The notes beneath the pieces are model-generated. The model ran no database searches. It saw nothing but the letters and a program-made list of their open reading frames with translations, and had not been told where the DNA came from. DNA of 64,000 bases from Dehalococcoidia bacterium (GTDB lineage: Bacteria; Chloroflexota; Dehalococcoidia; GIF9; UBA5629), in assembly GCA_016783155.1 (NCBI GenBank), contig JADHXB010000001.1:1228-65227 (forward strand). The letters are read 5' to 3'. Within the stretch, counting starts at the first letter, position 1; every line of letters starts with the position of its first letter. Positions 38,115-48,128 of the stretch are shown piece by piece. Made by a program: the position numbers and the translations under genes.

Positions 38115-39500
38115 ATGGACAATCCCAGTTACAAGATTGCTAGAACGTTGCGCTGCAAAAACGCTAACATCCCTGGCACCTTAGGCAAGTTGGCTAAAAC
38201 GATTGGTAGAGTCGGGGGGGATATTGGGAATATAACAACAGTGCATTTGGGACACCATTACACGGTCAGGGACATCGAGGTGCTCTTGGATAACAAAAGG
38301 CATCTCGAACACTTAATAGATGAAGTGTCGAAAATTAAAGAGGTCATCGTTCTCGAAGCCAGAGATGAGGTGCTTGACCTCCACAAAGGCGGAAAGATTA
38401 AGATGGTCAGCACTATTCCTATCACATCGGAAGATGTTCTCAGAAGGGTGTATACTCCGGGAGTGGCTGAGGTATGTAATTTAATCACGGATCGGCCAAG
38501 TAATAGGGATACTTACACTAGCATCGCCTATTCTGTGGCTGTCGTTACTGATGGAACAGCTATTCTTGGATTGGGAAACATTGGCCCTGTGGCAGGAATG
38601 CCGGTTATGGAAGGAAAGGCTGCACTACTCCAGCAATTGGTCGGAATCAGTGGGATACCTATCTTGCTAGACACTACTGACCCTGATGAGATTGTGGAGA
38701 CGGTGAAACACATTGCTCCGACATTTGGTGGCATTCATCTGGAAGATATAGCATCGCCAAGATGCTTCCTTATTCAGGACAGGCTAGAGAACGAACTCAA
38801 TATTCCTGTTATGCACGATGACCAACAGGGAACTGCCGTGGTAGTACTAGCAGCTTTAATCAATGCCTGTAAGCTTACTAAACTCACACTAGAAGAGGCA
38901 AAAATCGGGCTTATTGGTCTGGGTGCTGCTGGTCTCGCTATTGGGAAATTTCTGTTGCGGTACACAGGTAATCCTACGTTAGGGGTAGCAAAGACCGAGG
39001 CCAGTGTGAGACGGCATGCCGAGCAGCAAGGAGGCATTCCATCCAGCTTTGATGAGATTATGAAAACAGCTGATATTGTCATTGCTACGAGTGGGGTAAA
39101 AGGGCTCATCCAACCAAGAATGGTGAGAAGAGGGCAGATTATCTTTGCCTTATCGAATCCATATCCAGAAATAGACCCAGAGCTTGCCAGAGCATCAGGT
39201 GCTACACTGGCTGTCGACGGCAGAGCAGTTAACAACTTGCTCGGCTATCCTGGAATTTGGCGTGGCACATTAGATGCATTGGCTAACAAGATCACCTATG
39301 AGATGTACAGGGCTGCTGCCTTAGCCATTGTCTGTGCTACCTCTGAGGGAGAACTTGTACCAAACCCCCTTGACCCTAAAGCACACTTGGCGGTGACTCA
39401 TGGAGTGGCGAAGGCCGCTATAGAGTCAGGCGTTGCCCAGCGGCCTCTAGACGATGACTATTTTGAAAATACAAATATTAAAGAGCCTCCTTGCGTATGA
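38115..39500 (+). CDS. NAD(P)-dependent malic enzyme with N-terminal ACT domain
   Basis: 461 aa. VYTPGVAEV malic-enzyme signature. Rossmann GLGAAG. N-terminal ~75 aa form an ACT-like regulatory domain. AAGGAGG RBS. Confidence 0.85.
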   Translation: MDNPSYKIARTLRCKNANIPGTLGKLAKTIGRVGGDIGNITTVHLGHHYTVRDIEVLLDNKRHLEHLIDEVSKIKEVIVLEARDEVLDLHKGGKIKMVSTIPITSEDVLRRVYTPGVAEVCNLITDRPSNRDTYTSIAYSVAVVTDGTAILGLGNIGPVAGMPVMEGKAALLQQLVGISGIPILLDTTDPDEIVETVKHIAPTFGGIHLEDIASPRCFLIQDRLENELNIPVMHDDQQGTAVVVLAALINACKLTKLTLEEAKIGLIGLGAAGLAIGKFLLRYTGNPTLGVAKTEASVRRHAEQQGGIPSSFDEIMKTADIVIATSGVKGLIQPRMVRRGQIIFALSNPYPEIDPELARASGATLAVDGRAVNNLLGYPGIWRGTLDALANKITYEMYRAAALAIVCATSEGELVPNPLDPKAHLAVTHGVAKAAIESGVAQRPLDDDYFENTNIKEPPCV

Positions 39501-39883
39501 AGTCCGCTACACAAACTGACAATATACATGGTCTTCTGTTCAGGGGGAGCTGAGAATCAACGGCTTGAAGAGCGTGGCAAGTATCCCTATCCAAAAGACG
39601 AGGGAAGGCCGGTTGTAAGTGGCAACAAAGGTTGCCACGAGTGCCATGCCGGTGCCATCGGTAATTGCCCCTCTTTATATAGGGGGAAGTGGACGAAGTA
39701 GAGAAAGCTACCCAGCGTGACCTCGACCAGTCCCCAGATAGAGCCGAAGACCACCACCGCGATTACGGCCCCTAAAAGGCTTTCTGATGCTGAGTCCTTT
39801 ATTTTGTTGGCGAGTTGCACTTTTCCACTCCTTTTAATATAAGCTTCGGTTATCACCCGCCGAATTATGTGAGTGATTACCTT

Positions 39884-40714
39884 TCAGCGAGACAAGAATA
39901 TGGCTCCTAGGTAGTTGTCTGTCTTCAGTTGAACGTCAATCGTTTTTGCCACGTATCCGGCGCACTTAAGCTGCACTACGTACTTGCCGGCATCAAGGCC
40001 ATCAAATTCGAACTCTCCGTACTTATTGGTCGTTGTGTTCATAGCCTTGCCGCTGGCCCGCTCGGTCAGCGTTACCGTTATCCCCTCCGCACATTCATCC
40101 ATATCCCCATATACCACGCTGCCAGCAATAAAGTGCTTCGGTATGCCTATGTAGTACACTCTCGGCTTGGTCTTAAGTTCGGGATTGAGAACCTCGGTCT
40201 TCCCGGAAGTTAAGATTCTGTAGACTTCGCTTTTGGGGTCATCGAGGTCGCCGAAAATCAAGGCTCCGCTCGGACATACCTGCACGCACCTGGGGGTCTT
40301 ACCCTGCTCAAGCCGGTGGACGCAGAAAGTACACTTTTGTGGAAGCTTCTTTTCTTCATTCCAGAAGATAACGTGATAGGGGCAGGCATCCACTATTTTC
40401 TTTTGAGTAACCGCCTTCTGCGGGTCGATGATCACGATTCCGTCTGGTCGTTTGTAAAGGGCGCCATCACTAGCAGCCTTAATGCAGGGAGCATTGTCAC
40501 AGTGGACGCAAAGAACCGGCATGTGAGCGACTTTTATGAAGGGATGTGAACCTCGTTCTTTGGTATCGATGTTTATCCAGAATTGTCCATGCTTCGGCTG
40601 GGCTGCGGAGTAGGGAGGATAATCATTATCCCAGTGCTCGTCTTTGCAGGCGGTAAAACAGTTATAGCAGCCGGTGCATTTTGGTATATCGATGATCATA
40701 CCCCACTTAGGCAT
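39884..40714 (-). CDS. molybdoenzyme Fe-S beta subunit, pyrogallol-hydroxytransferase small-subunit (BthL)-like
   Basis: 276 aa. Three to four Cys clusters (CTGCYNC, CVHCDNAPC, CPYHV, CTFCVHRL..CVQVCPSGA). The C-terminal ~90 aa form a beta-rich (transthyretin/carboxypeptidase-regulatory-like) domain, as in transhydroxylase beta. Starts 3 nt after the alpha gene. Confidence 0.85.
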   Translation of the reverse strand: MPKWGMIIDIPKCTGCYNCFTACKDEHWDNDYPPYSAAQPKHGQFWINIDTKERGSHPFIKVAHMPVLCVHCDNAPCIKAASDGALYKRPDGIVIIDPQKAVTQKKIVDACPYHVIFWNEEKKLPQKCTFCVHRLEQGKTPRCVQVCPSGALIFGDLDDPKSEVYRILTSGKTEVLNPELKTKPRVYYIGIPKHFIAGSVVYGDMDECAEGITVTLTERASGKAMNTTTNKYGEFEFDGLDAGKYVVQLKCAGYVAKTIDVQLKTDNYLGAIFLSR

Positions 40715-40717
40715 CTT

Positions 40718-43312
40718 TTAAGCTCCTTCCTTCACTATTTCAACCAGGCATGAATTTGGTGCCATACCACAGGCATTCTTAGACATGAAGCGGTGATTGG
40801 TCAGGAGATTAATGCAGCCGCCTTTGTCTGGAGATTCACCCGGTTCGCCAATTGGTTGGTACTCAGCAGAGGATTCATATGAGTGTACCACTCCGGGTGG
40901 GACACGCCCGGTAACCTGAGCAGCACATAATACGGCACCCCGTTCGTTAAAGACCTTTACTATATCTCGGTTCTTGATGCCCCTCTTTTTGGCATCCTCT
41001 TTGTTGATTCGAATCACCCAGTAGTAATGACCATCTTTTGCCTTGATCCGGTGTTCTGGTATCTCGTTCATCCAGCTTTCTTTCCCATCATACATCGTAT
41101 GGAAGCTAAACCGTGGATGTGGTGAGATCAGCTGCAGCGGATATTTTTCATAAAGTTCCTTGGTGTGATGACCTTCCCACGAAGGGATGTACTTGGGAAC
41201 AAGTGGTCTCTCCGGGTCATCAGGATCAAAGCGCTTGAGGCTCTCAGATTCAAACTCGATTTTGCCGGTCTGGGTAGTCAGGTTCCCTTCCCGGTCGGGC
41301 AGGCCTTCTACAGCTCCACCAACAGGCCCCCAGTCCGGTGTATCCCTGTGCCTGTTCTCGGCAAACCATCTGAGTGCCGGCGTTGGTTTATAATCGTCAG
41401 GCAGGGGAACCACATAGTAGCCCTTCTTCTCGAAATCTTCCCAGGAGATGTGTTTCGGTAGATCGGTTACCTCGTACATCCTCTTGACCCGGTCCAATTC
41501 AGTCATGCCTCCCTCGGTGAACTTGTCATAGAAGCCAAGCCGGTCAGCAATCATGGCAAATATATCATAGTCTGACTTTGACTCTCCGAGAGGTTCAATA
41601 CACTTCTTCTCAAAGATGATAATACGGTGGTTTGTCTGATACGAGTTATGAGGTATGTAGCCCGAGCAGTGAGCCCACTCACCAATATCCCACCGTTCAA
41701 AGTTGGTACAGGCGGGAAGTATCAGGTCAGCAAATTGTGCTTCGCCCTCCATCCAGATAGACTGGTTAACCACAAATTCCAGGTTGGGGCTCTGGTACAT
41801 CTTGACCCAACGGTTGGTGTTGTTCATGGTGCCGATATAGGCACCACCATACCGCCAGAACATCTTGCACTCGGAAAATCCATCTTCAGGGTACTTGTAC
41901 TTCTTGAACTGGAATTCAGTAGAGGCACCACAGAACCCCTTGCCTCGCCATTCTTGAGGTGGTTCGCTAATGCACTCGGGAACTAGAATCCGCGGCATAT
42001 GCTGCCCGCCAGGATTGTTAATTGCCGAAGTCACCGGAGCCATAGTCACTCCCCTCTGAATCATCTGGAATCCAGCGGCGCTGTTTAGCGCGTCACCGGA
42101 TATCCCGCCTTCAGCATATCCTGGAAAGAGAAAATTGGCATTAAAGGGAGCACCGCCAGTGGTTGACCAGATATTAATGCCTGGTTTGCCCAGACCCTGC
42201 ATGGCCTGAAGCAGTACCATCATTCTGGCCCATTCGGTTCCGTAGGCGGTTCGGCAGGCTCCTCCCCAGCCACCAAGCCCTCCGGCAGCCAGCATGGTCT
42301 TCTTCTTCGCCCATTCTCTGGCCAGGGCTTTAATCTCCCGAGCTGGTATCCCGGTCTCCTTCTCCGCCCATTCGGGTGTCTTGGGAAAACCACCGTCATC
42401 GCCGAGAATGTAGTCACGCCATTTTTCAAAGCCGTGGGTCCGATTGGCAATGTATTCCTTATCATACAGGTTCTCAGTCATCCATACATAGGCGATAGCT
42501 GCAGCTAAAGCCGTATCGGTACCTGGTCGGGGCGCAAACCATTTATCGCAGAAATTAGTCGCCGTGAAATTATAGTATGGGTCAATAAAGACCATTTTTA
42601 CGCCCAGGTCTTTCAGCCAGAAGCGTCTTGGGGTTGACTCCTGCCCGGAATATATTCCGCTGGTGGATTCGGGGTCACTGGACCAGAACACAATCATTTC
42701 CGTGTTCTTTAAGGCATCTTCCAAAAGGTCATATTGTTCTGGAACCCCCAACCTCCAGGCAAAACCCCAAGTGTGCATAGCACCCCAGTGCCAGCCTTCC
42801 CAGCTGTCCGGGTTGTGGTCACAATAGGTATAGCCGAGGATGCCCATAAATCTGAAATAGGTGCTGTGTCGATAACCTATATTGCCCCAGGTATGGTGTG
42901 AGGAAGCCGTGCTGGCGATAACCCCCGGTCCGTATTTTGTGTGGATACGCTGTATTTCCGAACAAAGAATGTCCAGGGTTTCCTTCCAGCTGATTCGCTC
43001 ATAGCGCGATTTGCCTCTATTCTGCGGATTCCTGTTTCCCTTGGGGTCAAAGTCCACTCTCTTCAGGGGATAGAGGAGCCGGTTAGGTGCATATATTTTT
43101 GCCCTCTCAGTCAATGTATATGGTGAAAGCAACGCTTTTCTGGGAGGAGAGAACTTCTTTCCTCGTGCCTCGATCACCCATGATTTGGCATCATCATCAT
43201 CGAGTTCCAGAGGTTCTATTCGGGTTATTCTGCCATCCTTCACGTAAACATAAACGGGGCCGCCGACAGTACAGTTAGTAAAAACTTGTTCACCATTTGT
43301 CGAATAAGCCAT
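40718..43312 (-). CDS. molybdopterin (DMSO-reductase-family) catalytic alpha subunit, pyrogallol-phloroglucinol transhydroxylase (AthL)-like
   Basis: 864 aa. No twin-arginine signal and no N-terminal Cys4 cluster motif, as in cytoplasmic transhydroxylase alpha. Molybdopterin domains I-IV pattern. Paired with the BthL-like beta. Confidence 0.85.
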   Translation of the reverse strand: MAYSTNGEQVFTNCTVGGPVYVYVKDGRITRIEPLELDDDDAKSWVIEARGKKFSPPRKALLSPYTLTERAKIYAPNRLLYPLKRVDFDPKGNRNPQNRGKSRYERISWKETLDILCSEIQRIHTKYGPGVIASTASSHHTWGNIGYRHSTYFRFMGILGYTYCDHNPDSWEGWHWGAMHTWGFAWRLGVPEQYDLLEDALKNTEMIVFWSSDPESTSGIYSGQESTPRRFWLKDLGVKMVFIDPYYNFTATNFCDKWFAPRPGTDTALAAAIAYVWMTENLYDKEYIANRTHGFEKWRDYILGDDGGFPKTPEWAEKETGIPAREIKALAREWAKKKTMLAAGGLGGWGGACRTAYGTEWARMMVLLQAMQGLGKPGINIWSTTGGAPFNANFLFPGYAEGGISGDALNSAAGFQMIQRGVTMAPVTSAINNPGGQHMPRILVPECISEPPQEWRGKGFCGASTEFQFKKYKYPEDGFSECKMFWRYGGAYIGTMNNTNRWVKMYQSPNLEFVVNQSIWMEGEAQFADLILPACTNFERWDIGEWAHCSGYIPHNSYQTNHRIIIFEKKCIEPLGESKSDYDIFAMIADRLGFYDKFTEGGMTELDRVKRMYEVTDLPKHISWEDFEKKGYYVVPLPDDYKPTPALRWFAENRHRDTPDWGPVGGAVEGLPDREGNLTTQTGKIEFESESLKRFDPDDPERPLVPKYIPSWEGHHTKELYEKYPLQLISPHPRFSFHTMYDGKESWMNEIPEHRIKAKDGHYYWVIRINKEDAKKRGIKNRDIVKVFNERGAVLCAAQVTGRVPPGVVHSYESSAEYQPIGEPGESPDKGGCINLLTNHRFMSKNACGMAPNSCLVEIVKEGA

Positions 43313-43502
43313 ATGCCACCTCCTAATCTTTTTGTTGTCTTAATTACTACGTCCCGTGTTGGATAAGCCAATCTGGTGCTCTGTTTGACAGGTACCTCGC
43401 ACCCCCTCGCATTAGAGTGTAGACTACCGCTTACAATTGGCCACTAGGCGGTGATTCAAGCATTATTGGTATAGCTCCAGCTATAGCTAATGCCAGTCCT
43501 GG

Positions 43503-43733
43503 TTATCTGGTAGGTTGACTTGCTTTCTGGCTGTTTCCTTTCTGAGTTTTCCCGAAAGCTTCCTTCTCAGGTACACCTAGGTAAAAGCCTGATTTTGAGG
43601 CGAACGCTGAGATCAACTTTTCACCCTGAGTTCCACATGGGGGACAAAAAGCTGGCTTGTCAGCTTGGCTCATTAGGCGCATTAAATCGAACTCCCTTCC
43701 GCACTTGGGGCAGAAGAATTCATATATAGGCAT
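43503..43733 (-). CDS. FmdB-family zinc-ribbon protein
   Basis: 76 aa. MPIYEFFCPKCGREFD...CPPCG, the canonical FmdB CxxC...CxxC ribbon. Directly upstream of the alpha gene. Confidence 0.75.
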   Translation of the reverse strand: MPIYEFFCPKCGREFDLMRLMSQADKPAFCPPCGTQGEKLISAFASKSGFYLGVPEKEAFGKTQKGNSQKASQPTR

Positions 43734-44017
43734 TGGGCTTTCTCACATGCGTACGACTATAGTTGCTTCGGTATCAGAAAGCTGTTGACCTCGGAGAGGT
43801 GTTCCGGGCATAATTAGGAAATATCGCTGGGCGCCGTCTCTGCCAGAGACACTAACACCATATTCATCGGTAACGGTCAACGCTCTCGCCCCGCTATCTG
43901 TCCACTCCCCTACCAATCGGTTAGGCACAGCTATGCTGATCCCATGCGTTCCATCCCGTATAGTCGCTACTCTAACCGTTATGCTAGCTTCACGCCCTTG
44001 TTAACAGCAGTGTGTTA

Positions 44018-44374
44018 CTATTGCCGCGGAGGTGCCATCCACACGACGAACCTGAGAGTTTCTGTTCCTATTGGCTTAATGCCGTGTTTGGCTCCTGGGG
44101 GAATATAAAGGCAATCACCAGGCTCTACCTTAATTTCCTCACCCTCAACCTTGGCCAGTCCTCTTCCAGAGAGAATGAAATAGGCATGCTCAGAAATTGG
44201 GTGGACATCCTCTTCGGCTTCCCCACCTGGGCGAATTTCGGTGAGGAAGAACTCGATGCTCTTGCACCCAACCGTAGCTTTATTCGCCAAAACAAAGGCA
44301 TCCGTGTTAGTGTGTTTTGGTGGACAAACTGACTGGACATCCCTCATCCGCCTTAAAATTGCTTTGTCTGCCAT
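44018..44374 (-). CDS. cupin-domain protein
   Basis: 118 aa. HxH...E...H-type cupin_2 pattern (HPISEHAYFILSGRG...PPGAKHG). Confidence 0.7.
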   Translation of the reverse strand: MADKAILRRMRDVQSVCPPKHTNTDAFVLANKATVGCKSIEFFLTEIRPGGEAEEDVHPISEHAYFILSGRGLAKVEGEEIKVEPGDCLYIPPGAKHGIKPIGTETLRFVVWMAPPRQ

Positions 44375-44424
44375 ATCAGTAATCTCCTCCTTTTTTATTT
44401 AGAATCTTATTTAACTGCAAATTT

Positions 44425-45309
44425 CTAATGCTTTATGCCTGCAACTTCCTCCATTAGCATAACTAAGGCTGAAAAATCCAAATCGCCTTTACCTGTTGCC
44501 TGAAGCATGCCGAGAAATTGACGTACTAGGGCAATGGTAGGCATAGGTGCTCCTAGTTTTTGCCCGGCGGCAAGAGCCAGGTCAAAGTCCTTTGCCATCA
44601 TGGACACAGTAAACGCTGGGGCAAAACTTCGCTTAGCCAGTGGTCCAACCTTGTAGCCAACAAGTGGTGAGGCTACAACGCTGTTTGCGATAATGTCTAA
44701 CAACTGCTCCCACTGCAGGCCTGCTTTTTCGCCAAAAGTTACTGCTTCAGCCAGCATCTGTAAGGTTGTCCCTACCATCATATTCAGGACAAGCTTGAGA
44801 TAACGTGCCTCATCTCCAGTTCCCACGTGGAACATTTTTTGCCCCATGGCACCAAAGATATCCTGACAATTATCATATGCCTGTTTATCTCCTGAAACAA
44901 AGATAGTCAACTTGCCGCCTGCTGCCAGTACAGTGCTCCCGGATACTGGTGCTCGGAGCATTTTCACTCCTTTCGCCTCTGCTGCTTTGGCTACCTCGGC
45001 AGAACTCTCGGGGTCAACAGTGCTCATGTCAACCAAGATACTTCCTGATTTGGCGCCAGCAAGAGCTCCATTAGCGCCCAGAGTCATCTCTTTCAGGACA
45101 GGGCCATCTGAAATCATAGTGATGGTCACGTCTGATTGGTCAGCTACTTCTTTGGGAGAACCAGCAACCTTGGCACCCTTTTTGGCTAGCTCCTCTGTCT
45201 TGGCTTTTGTCCGGTTCCACACCGTAAGGGAAAAGCCGGACTCCAGCAGTCTCCCCGCCATGGGTTGCCCCATAGTTCCCAAACCAATAAACCCTACTTT
45301 CTTGCTCAT
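44425..45309 (-). CDS. NAD(P)-dependent beta-hydroxyacid dehydrogenase (3-hydroxyisobutyrate/2-hydroxy-3-oxopropionate reductase family)
   Basis: 294 aa. N-terminal GFIGLGTMGQPMAGRL Rossmann motif and 6PGDH-like C-terminal domain. Confidence 0.85.
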   Translation of the reverse strand: MSKKVGFIGLGTMGQPMAGRLLESGFSLTVWNRTKAKTEELAKKGAKVAGSPKEVADQSDVTITMISDGPVLKEMTLGANGALAGAKSGSILVDMSTVDPESSAEVAKAAEAKGVKMLRAPVSGSTVLAAGGKLTIFVSGDKQAYDNCQDIFGAMGQKMFHVGTGDEARYLKLVLNMMVGTTLQMLAEAVTFGEKAGLQWEQLLDIIANSVVASPLVGYKVGPLAKRSFAPAFTVSMMAKDFDLALAAGQKLGAPMPTIALVRQFLGMLQATGKGDLDFSALVMLMEEVAGIKH

Positions 45310-45522
45310 ATTCCCTCCTGTGTTACATATTGGCTACTTCTTTCTTCAAATACCAATTTCGGCTTTAGAATGACCCTATCTTAGAATTTCATCCCCCCTT
45401 TCTTTATATTCATTAGATGATTTCTGGAATTCGCTCACACCATTGTACTTTATCGAAGCATATTCCCCCAAAGAAATATACATCTTTTGGGTATTAATCA
45501 GGCTGGGTTTGGAATCTCTACT

Positions 45523-46752
45523 TCAATAAGCCATGGATCCAGGAAGCCCGCAAGAGATCAGTTCGTCACAAGGGAACTTAAACAGTCTTTCGCATCCGTC
45601 TTTGGTGACCATAACCTCCTCTTCAATTCTGGCTGCTCCATTTCCATCCGCGGATTGGCAATAAGTTTCGAGAGCGAATGTCATTCCTTCTTTAATAGGA
45701 AACGGTTTATCTAACGAAAAGAGCCTGGATATAACTGGTTTCTCCCAAATGCTCATTCCAACACCATGGCCAAATTGAAGCAAAAATGCCTCGCGTTCAT
45801 CTTTAAATCCGAATTCTTCCGCTTTGGGCCAGCATTTTGCTACGTCCGCCGTGGTTGCTCCGGGCTTGACTGCGTCCATAGATTTTTTCAACCATGTCCA
45901 GGCTTTTTCATAAGCCTCAAGTTGTGCTTTGGAGGGCTTGCCACAGATGAAGGTGCGATAATAACACGTTCGATAGCCATTAAAAGAGTGCATAATATCC
46001 AGGAAAACCATGTCTCCCGGCCGGATAATCCTATCGCCAAAAGTGTGGGGGTGAGGTTGAGCTCGAGGTCCAGAAACACTGTTCACACACTCTACCAGAT
46101 CAGACCCGAGGGTGAACAGCAAATGGTTGGCGATTGCAACCAGGTCATTTTCCCGTATCCCTGGTCTAATATTCTTAACAATTTCTGCGTAGGCTGCGTC
46201 CACCATGGCGCAGGCAAGCTTTAAGAGCTCAATTTCGTCTTTGGTCTTGATGATCCTGGCATCCAACATTGCCTGCTGGCCATCTACTACCTTTACATTC
46301 TCTTTTTCCAGCGACCTGAGAAACGGAACATCTACAATGTCAACACCCAGCGGGTCGTTGGCTACTCCGTAATCTGAAAGGACTTTTTTTACTGACTTAG
46401 CTAAGGCTTCGACATTTCCCACCTCAGGTGGTATGGCACCTCTCATCGACCCAACCGCAGGGAAAACCCGGTCAGCTATCCATGGTGCGCTCTTTCGCTT
46501 TGCCGGGGCAGCCGGGTCATAGAGAAGAGGGTCTGAATCCTTGGGGAGAATCACGTATCGCTGCATTTTATTCCTGGCCCATTCTCCCACATGGGTTCCA
46601 GTAATATAGCGGATATTGTCAAAATCGTAGCATAGGATGGCTCCTAGGCCGTGTGCCTTAAGCTGCTCTTTCGCTTTTGCCAAACGTTCCCGGCGCAACC
46701 TGTCATAGTTAATTCTCTCTTCAAAGTCAACCGCCATAGTGCCAACGGTCAT
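45523..46752 (-). CDS. M24-family metallohydrolase (creatinase/Xaa-Pro aminopeptidase-like; creatinase_N + pita-bread fold)
   Basis: 409 aa. Creatinase-N-like first ~150 aa, then M24 metal-ligand pattern (D..D..H..E..E contexts: FLDIMHSFNGY, FGHGVGMSIWE, ALETY). Confidence 0.75.
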   Translation of the reverse strand: MTVGTMAVDFEERINYDRLRRERLAKAKEQLKAHGLGAILCYDFDNIRYITGTHVGEWARNKMQRYVILPKDSDPLLYDPAAPAKRKSAPWIADRVFPAVGSMRGAIPPEVGNVEALAKSVKKVLSDYGVANDPLGVDIVDVPFLRSLEKENVKVVDGQQAMLDARIIKTKDEIELLKLACAMVDAAYAEIVKNIRPGIRENDLVAIANHLLFTLGSDLVECVNSVSGPRAQPHPHTFGDRIIRPGDMVFLDIMHSFNGYRTCYYRTFICGKPSKAQLEAYEKAWTWLKKSMDAVKPGATTADVAKCWPKAEEFGFKDEREAFLLQFGHGVGMSIWEKPVISRLFSLDKPFPIKEGMTFALETYCQSADGNGAARIEEEVMVTKDGCERLFKFPCDELISCGLPGSMAY

Positions 46753-46938
46753 TTTAATCCCTCCTCAATAAGATTATTATTATGATATCACTTCATTTCT
46801 AATTAACCAAATAACTAGTTAGCACCTCAAGCTCGTAGCGTATTGAGTATTATCGAACAAAGGCAACATAAGAATTTGGGCTTCAATAATTTTGGTGCTT
46901 GTGCCTTGGTTGTTTTAGAAAACTGGCTCACGCCGCCG

Positions 46939-46951
46939 CCCCCCCCCGGGG
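46939..46951. repeat. homopolymeric C9G4 tract in divergent intergenic region
   Basis: Sequence ccccccccc gggg lies between the M24 gene (ends 46752, minus) and the E1-alpha gene (starts 47128, plus). Confidence 0.6.
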
Positions 46952-47127
46952 ATTTTTGGACTATACTCGTATTATAGAAATATGTGTTGGCTGTGTCAAA
47001 GTCTACTAAACTCTGCTCAAATTGACCCACTACCCAAAATTGACAAGGCGGCACTAATCTGACACAATTTTATTCGACTACGACTTTCTATGCCCACTGT
47101 GCTAACCTTCAGAAGAAAGTTGAAGGA

Positions 47128-48108
47128 ATGAATATGCAGAAAATAGGTAGTGAAAAGCTTAAGGAAATTTTTATCAAAATGTTAAGGATCCGTGCCTTTG
47201 AAGAAAGGGCAATTGCGGAATATCGCAAAGGCATCTTACCTGGCTTTATACATTCTTCAATTGGACAAGAGGCAATCCCGTCTTCTGTCTGCGCATTCCT
47301 GAGGGATGATGACTACATCTTGACTACGCATAGAGGCCACGGCGATATCATCGCTAAGGGAGCCAAATTCGATAAGATGATGGCAGAGCTTTATGCCAAG
47401 GAGACAGGGTATAACAAAGGTAGAGGAGGCTCTATGCATATCGTGGCAGCAGACCTCAACATGCTTGGAGCCACCGCAATTGTTGGTGCCGGTGTTCCTA
47501 TAGCCAGCGGCGTTGCACTGGGTTGCAAGATGCAAAACCTCGATAGAGTAACTGTATGCTTCACGGGCGATGCTGCAACTTGTACCGGTGCCTTCCACGA
47601 GGGCGTTGGTCTGGCAGCAATATGGAACCTGCCAGTAATCTTTGTCGTCGAGAACAACCAGTACGGAATGAGCACTCCGGTAAAATATTATTGTAAGCTT
47701 GAGCAACTGTCTGATAGAGCCAAAGCCTACGGGATTCCCGGGGTAACTGTTGACGGAAATGATGCTGAGGCTATTGCCAATGTTGCCAGTGAGGCAATAG
47801 ATAGAGCCAGAAAAGACGGAGGCCCTACCCTTATTGATGCTATCACTTATAGATATTATGGACACCATATGGGCGACCCCGGTACTAGCTATAGGACTAA
47901 AGAGGAAATTGAGGAGTGGAAACGACACGATCCTATCGAAAGATTTCAAGGTCGCCTTTTAAAGGCAAAGGTAATCACTAAATCGGAAATTCAGGAGATC
48001 CAGGCTAGCATAAATAGAGAGCTTGATGAGGCAGTCAAGTTCGCCATGGAGAGCCCGGAACCTAGGATAGAAGATGCCCTTAATAACATCTACTGTCCAT
48101 CAGCATAA
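47128..48108 (+). CDS. 2-oxoacid dehydrogenase E1 alpha subunit (TPP-dependent; pyruvate/acetoin/branched-chain type)
   Basis: 326 aa. TPP-binding GDG...N motif region (GDAATCTGAFHEG...NNQYGMS). Confidence 0.88.
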   Translation: MNMQKIGSEKLKEIFIKMLRIRAFEERAIAEYRKGILPGFIHSSIGQEAIPSSVCAFLRDDDYILTTHRGHGDIIAKGAKFDKMMAELYAKETGYNKGRGGSMHIVAADLNMLGATAIVGAGVPIASGVALGCKMQNLDRVTVCFTGDAATCTGAFHEGVGLAAIWNLPVIFVVENNQYGMSTPVKYYCKLEQLSDRAKAYGIPGVTVDGNDAEAIANVASEAIDRARKDGGPTLIDAITYRYYGHHMGDPGTSYRTKEEIEEWKRHDPIERFQGRLLKAKVITKSEIQEIQASINRELDEAVKFAMESPEPRIEDALNNIYCPSA

Positions 48109-48128
48109 AAGTCAAGGGGGGGGTATAG

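Noticed and set aside
39587-39856. 89-aa hydrophobic minus-strand ORF between the malic-enzyme and beta-subunit genes
   Set aside because: GTG start with no usable Shine-Dalgarno spacing (GGCGG abuts the start) and no recognisable family. Could be a tiny membrane protein, but the evidence is insufficient to call it.
40718-43312. Tat (twin-arginine) signal on the molybdoenzyme alpha subunits
   Set aside because: Neither alpha N-terminus (MAYSTNGEQVF..., [18 protein letters not shown]...) contains an S/T-RR-x-F-L-K motif, so the enzymes are predicted to be cytoplasmic, as are transhydroxylases.
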